From Candidatus Levyibacteriota bacterium (GTDB taxonomy: Bacteria > Patescibacteriota > Microgenomatia > Levybacterales > UBA12049), in assembly GCA_016432345.1 (NCBI GenBank), contig CP066685.1:112236-176235 (forward strand): a stretch of 64,000 bases of DNA, in the 5' to 3' direction. The position numbers and the translations under genes are program-made. The notes under the pieces are model-generated. The model saw only the letters and a list, made by a program, of their open reading frames with translations. It was not told the DNA's origin and did no database searches. Numbering within the stretch: position 1 is the first letter of the stretch; each line of letters begins with the position of its first letter. Positions 1 through 9,394 of the stretch are shown here, piece by piece.

Positions 1-659
1 TCAAAGACTGTTTTATGATCTTGCGCGGCATTAATAATTCTGTAATTTTCTCCGTCGCAAAGTGCAAAAAGAGAAAATTCTTCGCCAATCATAGCCTGCT
101 CGATAAGAAATGTTTCTCCTGCCTTTCCGAATTGTGTCATGCCATCAATGGCCTTTTTGGCCTCTGCTTTTGTTTCTGCCCGAATTGCTCCTTTGCCAGA
201 GGCAAGACCAGATGCTTTTATGTAGAGCGTTTGTTCTTCGAGTTTTTCAATATATTCGTATGCTTCTTTTTGATTATTAAAAGATTTAAATTGAGGAGAA
301 GGAAGATTATACTTATTCATAAAACTTCTAGCCCAATCTTTGCTCCATTCTATTTCTGCCTGTTTTTGTGTTGGTCCAAATGTTTTTATACCAAGTTTTC
401 TAAATTTATCAACATATCCTTGTGCTAATTGTTCGTCAGTTGCTACATCAACTAGATCAACAGCTTCTTTTTTGACTAAATCGGCAATGCTTTGAAAGTC
501 ATTAACACGGATATAGGGGAAGATAAAGATTTTTTTGCTAAAAAAATCCATTAGTCCATTGCCTGGCGCAACCAATACTTTTTTCACCCGTTCGTTTTTG
601 GCATAAGCAGTGGCAAGGGCGTGTTCCCGGCCACCGGAACCGATAATTAAAACTTTCAT
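1..659 (-). CDS. purD: Phosphoribosylamine--glycine ligase, 5' part (runs off window start; absent from ORF track)
   Basis: Reverse strand from ATG at 659 reads MKVLIIGSGGREHALA...APGNG, the PurD N-terminus; directly follows purN. Confidence 0.95.
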   Translation of the reverse strand, partial: MKVLIIGSGGREHALATAYAKNERVKKVLVAPGNGLMDFFSKKIFIFPYIRVNDFQSIADLVKKEAVDLVDVATDEQLAQGYVDKFRKLGIKTFGPTQKQAEIEWSKDWARSFMNKYNLPSPQFKSFNNQKEAYEYIEKLEEQTLYIKASGLASGKGAIRAETKAEAKKAIDGMTQFGKAGETFLIEQAMIGEEFSLFALCDGENYRIINAAQDHKTVF

Positions 660-661
660 AT

Positions 662-1258
662 TTATCTACAAAGTTTTGTTAGTACTTCTTTGTACATTTG
701 GTTTTCTTTTTCTTTTAATCTTGTATATAACGACTCAATCGTGTCAGTAGGTAGAATTTTTTCAAAAGTGCGGGCAAGTACAGGACCAAAATCAAACTCT
801 TTTGTTAAGAGATGAATTGATGATCCAGCATAGGTATTATGATCCAAAAAATTTTGAATTGCAACTTCGGCTAGTTTTCCTTTATTCCATAAAGCATCTG
901 TTCCATCGGGATTTTTAACAACTCCGTTTATGTTGTTTGGAATAAGACCTGGATGAAGATTTAAAATTCTATTTGGATATGCATCAATAACTTGGTTTGT
1001 AACAATCTGTTTCCAGCCAGCCAAACAAATATAGTCAGGATTGAGTTTTTGCAAAAGAGGTAAAAGGTCTTCTTTTTTGGGGCAAATTTCAATAGGTAAG
1101 TTGTGTTTTTTTGCACGTTCCAAGCCTTTGGCATCTTCAGCGTCGGAGATTACCGCAGTAATGTTTGCTTTGATTTTTTCGCTTTCAACCCCATCTATAA
1201 TTGCTTGTAAATTTGTTCCGGCTCCTTTATTCGATATTAAAACAACAAGCTTTTTCAT
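662..1258 (-). CDS. purN: Phosphoribosylglycinamide formyltransferase
   Basis: GTNLQAII, LAGW, NLHPG, DFGP motifs; pur context. Confidence 0.92.
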   Translation of the reverse strand: MKKLVVLISNKGAGTNLQAIIDGVESEKIKANITAVISDAEDAKGLERAKKHNLPIEICPKKEDLLPLLQKLNPDYICLAGWKQIVTNQVIDAYPNRILNLHPGLIPNNINGVVKNPDGTDALWNKGKLAEVAIQNFLDHNTYAGSSIHLLTKEFDFGPVLARTFEKILPTDTIESLYTRLKEKENQMYKEVLTKLCR

Positions 1259-1485
1259 TTAAGTAGCTTTTTTATATCATTTTCGGATAAACCTGTTTGT
1301 TTGAAAATAGCTTTTAGTGTGCCTTTAGGTATGGTTCCTGGATGCATAGAAACTGATGTAGCCCGTTTTTCTTTTTGAGAATTTAATTCAAGAAAGACAT
1401 GACTTCCTTTTTTCCTTTTAACGATAAATCCAGCTTTAAGAAGGGTGCGAAGTAGTTCTTTTGGTTTTACTTGCTTTAGTATCAT
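1255..1485 (-). CDS. hicA: HicA-family toxin
   Basis: 76 aa, GF..KRKKGSHV and H...IPKGTLKAI motifs. Confidence 0.88.
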   Translation of the reverse strand: MILKQVKPKELLRTLLKAGFIVKRKKGSHVFLELNSQKEKRATSVSMHPGTIPKGTLKAIFKQTGLSENDIKKLLK

Positions 1486-1757
1486 GTATACAAAAATCTA
1501 GCATGGGAAGGTGTTGGGATTTTTATAGACGTTATTACAGTCGTTTGCTCTTTTTCTACGGGTACTTTATGTCCTTCTAGGGCGAGTGATTCTATATGAA
1601 ATTTTATTAAGCTGGTAATTCTTGAGATGGCTTGATTAATTGTTTTTCCATAGTCGGCAATGCCAAGTGTTTTGCAATAAGCATTATAGACGGTTTTTCC
1701 TTTATCATCGTTTTCTTTTTCTACAACTATTCTGTAATTAAGAACCTTCTTTTCCAT
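1482..1757 (-). CDS. hicB: HicB-family antitoxin (short, no DNA-binding extension)
   Basis: YNAYCKTLGIADYGKTINQAI pattern; overlaps hicA by 4 nt; start moved to ATG 1757. Confidence 0.85.
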   Translation of the reverse strand: MEKKVLNYRIVVEKENDDKGKTVYNAYCKTLGIADYGKTINQAISRITSLIKFHIESLALEGHKVPVEKEQTTVITSIKIPTPSHARFLYT

Positions 1758-1874
1758 ACATATATTGTAGTACAATCTTGTGTTAAAAACAAGGTAAGTT
1801 TGAGAAAATCACTTAGGAAGGTTTTGAAGGGAAAATGAAAGGTGCAAAGCTAAATTACCGAGAGGGTACTAATA

Positions 1875-2456
1875 TCATTTTGTTACTGTGATTGGTGGTG
1901 CTTTTTCTGCGGTTGCTCGTATAGTTACTTTATTGTCATCAGAAATCATTATTGAATAGCCAGTATGATAACTTTTGCAGCCTTTCGGATCTACATTATC
2001 TACAAGTGTTGAATCTCCAACTGTTGGATCTTTTGGTAGCTTTGGAAGATATTTAGGTACGAGCGCATCACAAAATGCCTCTCCTGTATATAATGTTTCT
2101 ATTTGTTTTACATAGCCAGCTCTTTCGGGTGAACCGGGAGGAAGCTTCCCCTGATTGTCATCCATGTATTGACGTACTGCAGTGAGTATTTTTCCAACAT
2201 CTTCTTGCCGTTGTAGATTATTTGTTTGTGGTGTTTTTCCAGCATTACCGAGTAAATATTGGATTAGAGGGAGGGAAATGACCAGCAATATCGGAAGAGT
2301 AAGTGAAAGAGAAATAAGAGTTTTTACCCGACTTGACCAATTTGTCCATCTATACATGAGAAAAAGTCCTACGGGAAAGACAAATAAAAGAAGAAGAACT
2401 GTTATAATTGTTTTTGTATCCTCAGAGATTTCAGTATTTGATTGTTTAGAAGCCAT
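1875..2456 (-). CDS. Membrane-anchored protein with pilin/pseudopilin-like globular domain
   Basis: Two N-terminal hydrophobic segments, then RQEDVGKILTAVRQY..LP, LVPKYLPKLPKDP, Cys pair, GYSI. Confidence 0.55.
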   Translation of the reverse strand: MASKQSNTEISEDTKTIITVLLLLFVFPVGLFLMYRWTNWSSRVKTLISLSLTLPILLVISLPLIQYLLGNAGKTPQTNNLQRQEDVGKILTAVRQYMDDNQGKLPPGSPERAGYVKQIETLYTGEAFCDALVPKYLPKLPKDPTVGDSTLVDNVDPKGCKSYHTGYSIMISDDNKVTIRATAEKAPPITVTK

Positions 2457-2507
2457 TGATAAAATTATTGCATGGGGGGGTGTCTTGTCAATATGTATTT
2501 TTGTTTG

Positions 2508-3896
2508 TTATACCCCAAAACGAATATGTTTTGCATTATCACCAATATCAATTGGGTATTTTCCTGTAAAACAGGAAGTGCAAAACAAGCTTTCGGGTAG
2601 TTCGGTAGCTTTAATTAAAGCTTCGTATGACAAGAAATTAAGGGAATCTGCACCAACAAACTTTTCAATTTCCGAAACTGTCATATTTGCAGCGATAAGA
2701 TCCTTTTGAAATGGAGTATTGATGCCATAAAAATCCGGATATTTTACTGGTGGAGAGCTGATTAGAAGATGTACCTCTTTGGCTCCGGCATTTCTGACCA
2801 TCGAAACAATCTTTTTTGATGTTGTTCCTCGAACAATCGAATCATCAATAAGCACAACTTTTTTCCCAATAATCAGTTCTTCAATTGGATTTAATTTCAT
2901 TTGTACTCCCCGGTCGCGCAATTTTTGGTCGGGCATAATAAAGGTTCGACCAATGTAGCGATTTTTTACTAGACCAAATTCTAGTGGAATTTTTAACGCG
3001 TTTGCATAGCCGGTGGCTGCCGGGATTGAGGATTCAGGAACAGGAATTACCACATCTGCTTTGATGGGATATTCTTTGGCCAGGAGTTTTCCCAGGTTTT
3101 CTCGCATTTTATAGACACGTTTTCCAAGGAGTTTGCTGTCGGGTCTGGAAAAGTAGACAAATTCAAAAATATCAAGCTTTTGATTAGGCTTTGCTAGTAT
3201 TTGTGATTTAAGGCCTTTTTCACTAATAACTACCAATTCTCCAGGCGTAACATCTCTTAAGTTTTTTGCGCTGACTGTGTCAAGCGCGCATGTTTCTGAC
3301 GAAAAAATATACCCGCCATTTAAAGTTCCAATGGAAAGAGGTCGAATGCCATAACTGTCTCGAACCGCTGCAACTTTGTCTTTTGTCATAAAAAGCAAAG
3401 AAAATGCCCCTGTCATAAGAGGGAAGGTTTTTGCGATTGCGTTTTCCAGGGTTTCCCCATGTTTTAGATACCAACTAACTGTTGAATGGATGTGTTCGGT
3501 ATCGTTAAAACCTTCTGTATCTATGCCCTTTTCTACTAAAAAGCCTTTCAGTTTTTCAAGGCGCGGAAGGTTGCCGTTGTGCGCAGTAATAAGAATGTTG
3601 TCTTTGTCCGTTACCGGCTGGGTGTGTTGGAAGAGTGATCCGCCAGAAGTGGAGTAACGGTTATGTCCAATTGCTATATAGCCTTGGAGTTTGTGTAAAT
3701 CATCTTCTGTGTAAACCTGCGCAACCAGACCGGTGGATTTATGAGTTTTTATAGTTTTTCCGTCTCCCGTAGAAATACCAGAACTTTCTTGACCTCGGTG
3801 TTGGAGGGCATAGAGACCAAAGTAAGTCAATCTTGCTGCGTCAAGACCACGGCCATAAATACCAAATACCGCACACTTTTCGTTCAGTTTCTCCAT
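2508..3896 (-). CDS. purF: Amidophosphoribosyltransferase
   Basis: Propeptide then C(AVFG), LQHRGQES, GHNRYST, DDSIVRGTT, CTSCF. Confidence 0.98.
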   Translation of the reverse strand: MEKLNEKCAVFGIYGRGLDAARLTYFGLYALQHRGQESSGISTGDGKTIKTHKSTGLVAQVYTEDDLHKLQGYIAIGHNRYSTSGGSLFQHTQPVTDKDNILITAHNGNLPRLEKLKGFLVEKGIDTEGFNDTEHIHSTVSWYLKHGETLENAIAKTFPLMTGAFSLLFMTKDKVAAVRDSYGIRPLSIGTLNGGYIFSSETCALDTVSAKNLRDVTPGELVVISEKGLKSQILAKPNQKLDIFEFVYFSRPDSKLLGKRVYKMRENLGKLLAKEYPIKADVVIPVPESSIPAATGYANALKIPLEFGLVKNRYIGRTFIMPDQKLRDRGVQMKLNPIEELIIGKKVVLIDDSIVRGTTSKKIVSMVRNAGAKEVHLLISSPPVKYPDFYGINTPFQKDLIAANMTVSEIEKFVGADSLNFLSYEALIKATELPESLFCTSCFTGKYPIDIGDNAKHIRFGV

Positions 3897-3906
3897 TTTT
3901 AAAAAT

Positions 3907-4006
3907 AATTTCTAATTCTTAATTTCTAATTTCTAATCAAATCCAAATGTTTAAAAATTAAATATTAAAAATTGAATGAAAATTAAAAATTTAAAATTGA
4001 AAATTT
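3907..4006. repeat. Two-armed 7-bp-period AT-rich array between purC and purF
   Basis: aatttct aattctt aatttct aatttct ... aaaatta aaaattt aaaattg aaaattt; arms roughly complementary; supplies last codons (NFQF) and stop of purC. Confidence 0.8.
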
Positions 4007-4923
4007 GTTAGGTTTCTCTTGATTCTTTCTTCAATATTCTCCTTTTCATCTATTAGTAATTTTTCTTCAGTTAATATTTCGTAGACATCTTGGTATCTTT
4101 TTGAAACTTGCATAATAAAATCATCCGGCATGGTTGGAGGTTCTCCGTCTCCTGTATATCCATGATCTTTAAACCAAATGCGTAAGAATTCTTTATCAAA
4201 GTTTTCTGGCTCAAGTCCTTGGGAAAAGCGTTGTTCGTAGGTATCTTTTTTCCAGAAACGGGAAGAATCTGGAGTGTGCATCTCATCAATAATTAAAACT
4301 TTTCCATCAAGCATACCAAATTCATACTTTGTATCAACCAAAATAAGACCTTTTTCTTCTGCTATTTCAGATCCCCTTTGGAAAACTCTAATTGCAGCAT
4401 CTTCTATTTGTTCCCAGACATCTTTGGCCACAATATTTCTCTCAATTATTTCTTTTCTGGTTAGTCTTTCGTCGTGCCCTGTTTCTGCTTTAGTGGTGGG
4501 AGTAATAATGGGTGTTGGGAGTTTTTGATTTTTTCGTAAACCTTCTGGAAGTTGTATGCCATAGATTGTTCTTTCTCCTTTTTGATAACTTCCCCAAATA
4601 GAAGTATTGGTAACTCCGCTTATGTATCCCCGGACAACAACTTCAATAGGTACGGGGGTAGCATTTTTTCCAATCATCACATTGGGGTCTGGGACAGAAA
4701 TCATGTGGTTGTCGATAATGTCGTTGGTTTTTGAAAACCAAAATGCAGAAAGCAGATTTAATACCTGGCCTTTGTAGGGGATGTGGCCTAAAATTCTATC
4801 GAATGCAGATATTCTATCTGTTGTGATAAGGATACGTTTGTTGTCTGCGATATACCAATCGCGAACTTTACCGCTATACTTTTTCCCAAATCCTGTTAAA
4901 TCAACAGTTTTTAAAACGTTCAT
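3991..4923 (-). CDS. purC: SAICAR synthetase (long type)
   Basis: GKVRD, TDRISAFD, EVVVRGY, LVDTKYEFG, DEMHTPDSSRFW, DKEFLR. Confidence 0.97.
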   Translation of the reverse strand: MNVLKTVDLTGFGKKYSGKVRDWYIADNKRILITTDRISAFDRILGHIPYKGQVLNLLSAFWFSKTNDIIDNHMISVPDPNVMIGKNATPVPIEVVVRGYISGVTNTSIWGSYQKGERTIYGIQLPEGLRKNQKLPTPIITPTTKAETGHDERLTRKEIIERNIVAKDVWEQIEDAAIRVFQRGSEIAEEKGLILVDTKYEFGMLDGKVLIIDEMHTPDSSRFWKKDTYEQRFSQGLEPENFDKEFLRIWFKDHGYTGDGEPPTMPDDFIMQVSKRYQDVYEILTEEKLLIDEKENIEERIKRNLTNFQF

Positions 4924-4941
4924 AAATGATACAATTGATAC

Positions 4942-5151
4942 ATGCGATATATTTCGCCAGTTTGGTTTAGTGTATTATCTGATTTATTTATTAATTTATC
5001 TGCAGTCTGGTTTGGTTTAGTATTCATAGAACCGCGTTTTAGCCCTGTAAGTACATTTTCAGATGTATTTTCATTGACATATAAATTTTTTCTTGCTATT
5101 CTGTCGTTGGTTATTGCAAAATATTGCAGAGAATTAGAGAGGAAATTATGA
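4942..5151 (+). CDS. Small two-TM membrane protein (69 aa)
   Basis: Two hydrophobic stretches, LSDLFINLSAVWFG; fills intergenic space. Confidence 0.65.
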   Translation: MRYISPVWFSVLSDLFINLSAVWFGLVFIEPRFSPVSTFSDVFSLTYKFFLAILSLVIAKYCRELERKL

Positions 5152-5282
5152 TAGATTTTCGAAGTATTACAAATAGTATTGCGTTTTGGTATTCGTTGTT
5201 TCTGATTGTTTTTCTCCTTGTATATATTACTCTCTTTAAGAACAGGGAAAAGTATTTTAGTCGTAAGCATAGTCATAAATAA
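5148..5282 (+). CDS. 44-aa single-TM peptide (below ORF-track cutoff)
   Basis: MIDFRSITNSIAFWYSLFLIVFLLVYITLFKNREKYFSRKHSHK; ATGA overlap with preceding stop. Confidence 0.6.
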   Translation: MIDFRSITNSIAFWYSLFLIVFLLVYITLFKNREKYFSRKHSHK

Positions 5283-5296
5283 TTATAGCAAAAAAT

Positions 5297-5419
5297 ATGG
5301 ATTTTACATCCCTTGCAAATAATGTTTTTGTCCAATATTTTCTCCTGTTTGTTATTGTTATTCTTATGTATATCGCATTTTGGAAGAAATCTTCTTCTCA
5401 TAAACATTCTCAAAAGTAA
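5297..5419 (+). CDS. 40-aa single-TM peptide, paralog of 5148..5282
   Basis: MDFTSLANNVFVQYFLLFVIVILMYIAFWKKSSSHKHSQK; aligns to the previous peptide. Confidence 0.6.
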   Translation: MDFTSLANNVFVQYFLLFVIVILMYIAFWKKSSSHKHSQK

Positions 5420-5447
5420 TGTTAGCTTTTTAGCTACGGGGAAATTA

Positions 5448-6884
5448 TTATAGAATTGTTATTCTTCCGTTTACCGCGTCTACATCTATCATATCACCAT
5501 TTTTAACAAAAGTTGTGGCGTGTTTTGTGCCGACAATGCAGGGAATGCCAAATTCTCGTGAAACAATTGCAGCATGAGATGTAATGCCGCCTTCATCGGT
5601 AACAATAGCCAAGGCCCGTCTCATGGCCGGCACATAATCCGGATGGGTAGTAACTGCTATTAAAATATTCCCAGTCTCAACATTTTTTAAATCTTTTACT
5701 CCTTTGACAATAATTGCTTTGCCTTTTACATGTCCAAGGGACGCGACTCTGCCAATTAATTCTTGATGTTTTGTCTCTTCATTTTGTAATTTAAATTGAA
5801 TAAGAGTTTTACTAACATAATCTCCTTCCAGACAAACTGTTTTTTTGTTTATGTCCAAATACATCAAAAAACCTTTTTTTCTTTGCGAAATTAAGTTTTT
5901 ATTATTTTTATTTTCTTTTGATAAAAAATCTATTATTTCTTGCTCCAAAAGATAGCTTATATCGGAAGAAGTTATCTTAAGTCTTTTTGCTATTTCGGCA
6001 AACAGGGGCAAAGCATAAAAAACTCCCTGCCTTCGGTAATCATCGCGGGCATCTTTTATGTAAACAAATCGTTTTGCCATGAGTAAATAATCAAAATCTT
6101 TTTTAGAAATTTGTAATTCTTTGGCAATTTTTTCAAATGAAATCTCATTTTTCTGCGTTACCGTTGTAAATGATTTTATATGTTCTTGAAATTCTTTTTT
6201 GGTCCACGGGCTATTATGTAAATCTAAACACGAAAGCCATTTGTATTGTTCATACAATTTTTTGAGATCTTTCCCCAAAATTTTTCCAGAATGTTTTTCG
6301 ACAATATATTGAAGTTCTAAAATTGCAGCGCGTTTTTCCGGTTTAAAAAGTGCATCATGTATATTTTGTTTTAGATTTTCTTTTTTATATTTAGTAATGT
6401 ATGAATCTATAATATTTGCTGCTTTTTCGGCAATATAATTGTTTAAAATAAAGGCGCTCCAGGCAAAATTGGAATAACGAAGTAATTTATCTTGATATTC
6501 TTTATACAATAAGGAAAGATCTTTATTTGAAAGTTTTTTTAGATTAAGACTGCCTATTTTTTTAGCGGTAGAAACATAATTTTCTCCATCCATAAAAAAT
6601 TGCTTCTCATAGCTTTCAAGATTTCTTAGATTGTTGGTATATTTTTTATTTAATCCTTCAACCAGGTTAATCCAAGATGTCTCGTCAATATAAAAGGCGG
6701 TATTTTTACCTGTTCCCGGTATAACAACTTGAATGGTTGATGTTTTTGGAAAATGGTATGAATTTTTTTCCAAAATTAAAACAGCAGCTTCGGAGTATTG
6801 CACTCCATATTCCCGCTCATAGATTTTTTTCCATGATATTTTTTTTAAATCTTTTGAAAAAATAGAATCAAGCACCTTTTTCAT
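5448..6884 (-). CDS. PEP-utilising enzyme mobile (phospho-His swivel) domain protein lacking nucleotide-binding domain
   Basis: C-terminal GRVASLG...TDEGGITSHAAIVSREFGIPCIVG; start moved to ATG 6884. Confidence 0.85.
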   Translation of the reverse strand: MKKVLDSIFSKDLKKISWKKIYEREYGVQYSEAAVLILEKNSYHFPKTSTIQVVIPGTGKNTAFYIDETSWINLVEGLNKKYTNNLRNLESYEKQFFMDGENYVSTAKKIGSLNLKKLSNKDLSLLYKEYQDKLLRYSNFAWSAFILNNYIAEKAANIIDSYITKYKKENLKQNIHDALFKPEKRAAILELQYIVEKHSGKILGKDLKKLYEQYKWLSCLDLHNSPWTKKEFQEHIKSFTTVTQKNEISFEKIAKELQISKKDFDYLLMAKRFVYIKDARDDYRRQGVFYALPLFAEIAKRLKITSSDISYLLEQEIIDFLSKENKNNKNLISQRKKGFLMYLDINKKTVCLEGDYVSKTLIQFKLQNEETKHQELIGRVASLGHVKGKAIIVKGVKDLKNVETGNILIAVTTHPDYVPAMRRALAIVTDEGGITSHAAIVSREFGIPCIVGTKHATTFVKNGDMIDVDAVNGRITIL

Positions 6885-6891
6885 ATTTAGC

Positions 6892-6912
6892 TTCCCACTT
6901 GTCAAGTGGGAA
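6892..6912. promoter_or_regulatory. Perfect 10-bp inverted repeat with 1-nt spacer (operator-like)
   Basis: ttcccacttg-t-caagtgggaa, 7 nt upstream of the PEP-mobile gene start. Confidence 0.45.
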
Positions 6913-6922
6913 CTCGAAACAT

Positions 6923-7495
6923 TTAACGAAAAACTGGCTCTGCGGGCAGTTTTAGTTCGTCTCTAACTTTTTTAATTCTATTTACATATTCTTGAAAAAT
7001 ATTTTCCGGTTTGTGCAGTTGATAAAATCCTTCTGCATTTTTATAGAGTGAGCAATCAAAAACATCGGCATCTTTGACAAGTTCGATATACGGATCATCG
7101 GTGTAGATTTCTTTTTTGCTGTGATTGGAAACAGCGTTTATGATTGTTTGTATTTCTTCGTCAGAAAATCCACCAATTTCTTTCAAGATTTTTTCGGCAA
7201 TGGGCCCGCCCAATTTTGCGTGATTTTTATATATGCCCTTAGTAATTACATAGATATCATGCAGCACGCAAGCAGTGCTGGTAAGTTCGACATTGAGTTT
7301 TCTTTTTTGGGCTAGAATTCGTCCAATTTGAGTAACTCCTGCAGCATGCATAAACTCAAAAATTTGTGAATCTTCTCTTTTTTGATCTGGTATATTTGTG
7401 GACAGGATTAGTTGTATGACTTTTCTTTCTACTTTTTCAAACCGCGTTAAGCCACTCCCTTTGTAGTGGTGAAAATCTTTAAACTTGTTTTTCAT
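6923..7495 (-). CDS. HD-domain phosphohydrolase
   Basis: H...LHDI...H...NHS...KDAD motifs; overlaps purE end. Confidence 0.85.
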   Translation of the reverse strand: MKNKFKDFHHYKGSGLTRFEKVERKVIQLILSTNIPDQKREDSQIFEFMHAAGVTQIGRILAQKRKLNVELTSTACVLHDIYVITKGIYKNHAKLGGPIAEKILKEIGGFSDEEIQTIINAVSNHSKKEIYTDDPYIELVKDADVFDCSLYKNAEGFYQLHKPENIFQEYVNRIKKVRDELKLPAEPVFR

Positions 7496-8003
7496 CAAGA
7501 TATTTTTTATAGCCAACTTGTTCTAATTTCTCTGCTTTTTTTTCAACTCCTTGAGCCAGGCTTTTTTTGTATGCAACAAGTTTTTCTTCAAGATTTTTAT
7601 CTGATGTGGCCAAAATTTGCACTGCTAAAAGTCCGGCATTTTTGGCATTATCAATCCCAACTGTTGCCACAGGAACTCCTGGCGGCATCTGTGCAGTTGC
7701 CAAAAACGCATCTATTCCCTCAAGCACTCCACTTTTGAGTGGTATGCCGATTACAGGAAGGGGGAAATGCGAAGCAACAACGCCTGCTAAATGAGCAGCG
7801 AGGGAGGCGCCGGCAATAATAATTTTTACACCGTTTTTGTGGGCTTTTTCAACATATTCGACTGTTTTTTGGGGAGATCTATGAGCAGAAGAGATAGTTA
7901 TTTCATAGGGGACTGCAAATTCTTCAAGTACTTTTATTGCTTCACTGATGATAGGTAAATCTGAATCAGAAGCAGCAATAATGGCAACAAGTTTATTACT
8001 CAT
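7479..8003 (-). CDS. purE: N5-CAIR mutase / AIR carboxylase catalytic subunit
   Basis: SDSD, SAHRSP, AAHLAG, PVIGIP, QMPPGVPVATV. Confidence 0.97.
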   Translation of the reverse strand: MSNKLVAIIAASDSDLPIISEAIKVLEEFAVPYEITISSAHRSPQKTVEYVEKAHKNGVKIIIAGASLAAHLAGVVASHFPLPVIGIPLKSGVLEGIDAFLATAQMPPGVPVATVGIDNAKNAGLLAVQILATSDKNLEEKLVAYKKSLAQGVEKKAEKLEQVGYKKYLDEKQV

Positions 8004-9387
8004 GATTTTTTAGTTCTTTAATTATTTTAGCACAAGATTGAGAAGCCAACCCGATATGTGTTTTGACATCAAGTAATTTTTTGACAGTATCTGTGGATAG
8101 AAAATTCATAATTCTTTTATCACGAATTATAAATTGAGTCAATGGGTTGGTGTCGTTTTCCTGTATCTCTTTCCAAGCTTTCATGGAAAGTTCTCGAATA
8201 ACCTCGTGCATGTCTTGACGATTGGCGCCTTTTTTTACAGACTCCATCATAATCGCTTCTGTTGCGGCAAATGGGCCATACGTTTCGAGATTTTTTTCAA
8301 TTCGTTTGTCGTTAATAACAAGTCCATCTATTATTTTTGTTGCGCTTTCAAGAATAGAATCAACTGCCAAAAACATCTCGGGAATATAAATGCGCCTGTT
8401 GGCCGAATCATCCAATGTTCTCTCAAGCAACATATGGGAAGCATTGTCTCGGCTTATATCTGCTAAATGAAACACTAATCTAGAAAGCGAACAAATTTGC
8501 TCGGACTTTATGGGATTTTTCTTAAATGGCATAGCCGATGATCCTACTTGTTTTGTGCCAAATGGCTCTTGCCATTCACCGATTCCCGGGGACTGCATAA
8601 GTCGTACATCGAAGGCGAATTTGTAGAGCGATTGAGCAATGGAAGAAAGGGCAGAGGCCACAAAAAATTCCAGTTTTCGCGGAGCTGTTTGAGAAGCAAT
8701 TTCTACGGCATCAATTCCAAGTTGTTTCATAACCTCATTTTCCATCTTTTGTACTCCAGTACTATGTAGTAATGAACTATAGCTGGCGCTTGTGCCGACA
8801 GCTCCCTTTAGTCCTTTGCCTTTTAATTCAGTTTTGGCAAATTCGAGAAGTTTTTTGTCGAGTAGCAGGTCTTGTGCATAAAAGGCAAAGCGGTAGCCAA
8901 GAGTTGTCGGCTCGGCAGGCTGCAAATGGGTATAGGCCATACACACAGTATCTTTATGGTCGTTAATTTTTTTGGCAAAGATTAAGATGAGTTTTTTTAG
9001 CTTTTTTTCAATAATTTGTAGAGATTCTTTTATGCGGATGGCATCGGCATTGTCTTCGATATCCATCGCGGTTGCGCCGAGATGGATTTTTCCTCCGCCG
9101 ATTTTGGCTTGAGAGGCAAAAACTTTTATTTCTGCCATTAAGTCGTGGTGAATTTCTGCTTCGATTTTGTGGGAGGCATCGATATCAATATCATTTTGGT
9201 GGGCAATAAGATCATCAAGTTCTTCTTTTGAAACCAATTCTTCTTTCGATTGCGCGCGCGCGAGAGCGACCCAAATTTGCCTCCAGATTTTTCGTTTGTT
9301 TGTTTCGGACCAGATGTGCCTCAAATCTTCCGAACCGTAGCGCCAGGTAAAAGGGGATAAATATGTAGAATAATCAAAACCAGGCAT
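7996..9387 (-). CDS. purB: Adenylosuccinate lyase
   Basis: HHD, IHLGAT, THLQPA, GSSAMPFKKNP signature; start moved to ATG 9387. Confidence 0.96.
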   Translation of the reverse strand: MPGFDYSTYLSPFTWRYGSEDLRHIWSETNKRKIWRQIWVALARAQSKEELVSKEELDDLIAHQNDIDIDASHKIEAEIHHDLMAEIKVFASQAKIGGGKIHLGATAMDIEDNADAIRIKESLQIIEKKLKKLILIFAKKINDHKDTVCMAYTHLQPAEPTTLGYRFAFYAQDLLLDKKLLEFAKTELKGKGLKGAVGTSASYSSLLHSTGVQKMENEVMKQLGIDAVEIASQTAPRKLEFFVASALSSIAQSLYKFAFDVRLMQSPGIGEWQEPFGTKQVGSSAMPFKKNPIKSEQICSLSRLVFHLADISRDNASHMLLERTLDDSANRRIYIPEMFLAVDSILESATKIIDGLVINDKRIEKNLETYGPFAATEAIMMESVKKGANRQDMHEVIRELSMKAWKEIQENDTNPLTQFIIRDKRIMNFLSTDTVKKLLDVKTHIGLASQSCAKIIKELKNHE

Positions 9388-9394
9388 ATATGTA

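Noticed and set aside
15..428. 137-aa plus-strand ORF
   Set aside because: Antisense shadow of purD, which is missing from the track only because it runs off the window
4920..5276. 118-aa minus ORF upstream of purC
   Set aside because: No recognisable features; the plus strand holds coupled TM ORFs supported by paralogy
9251..9268. (GC)n run in purB
   Set aside because: Short and explained by Ala-Leu-Ala-Arg-Ala codons in a helix; no sign of insertion
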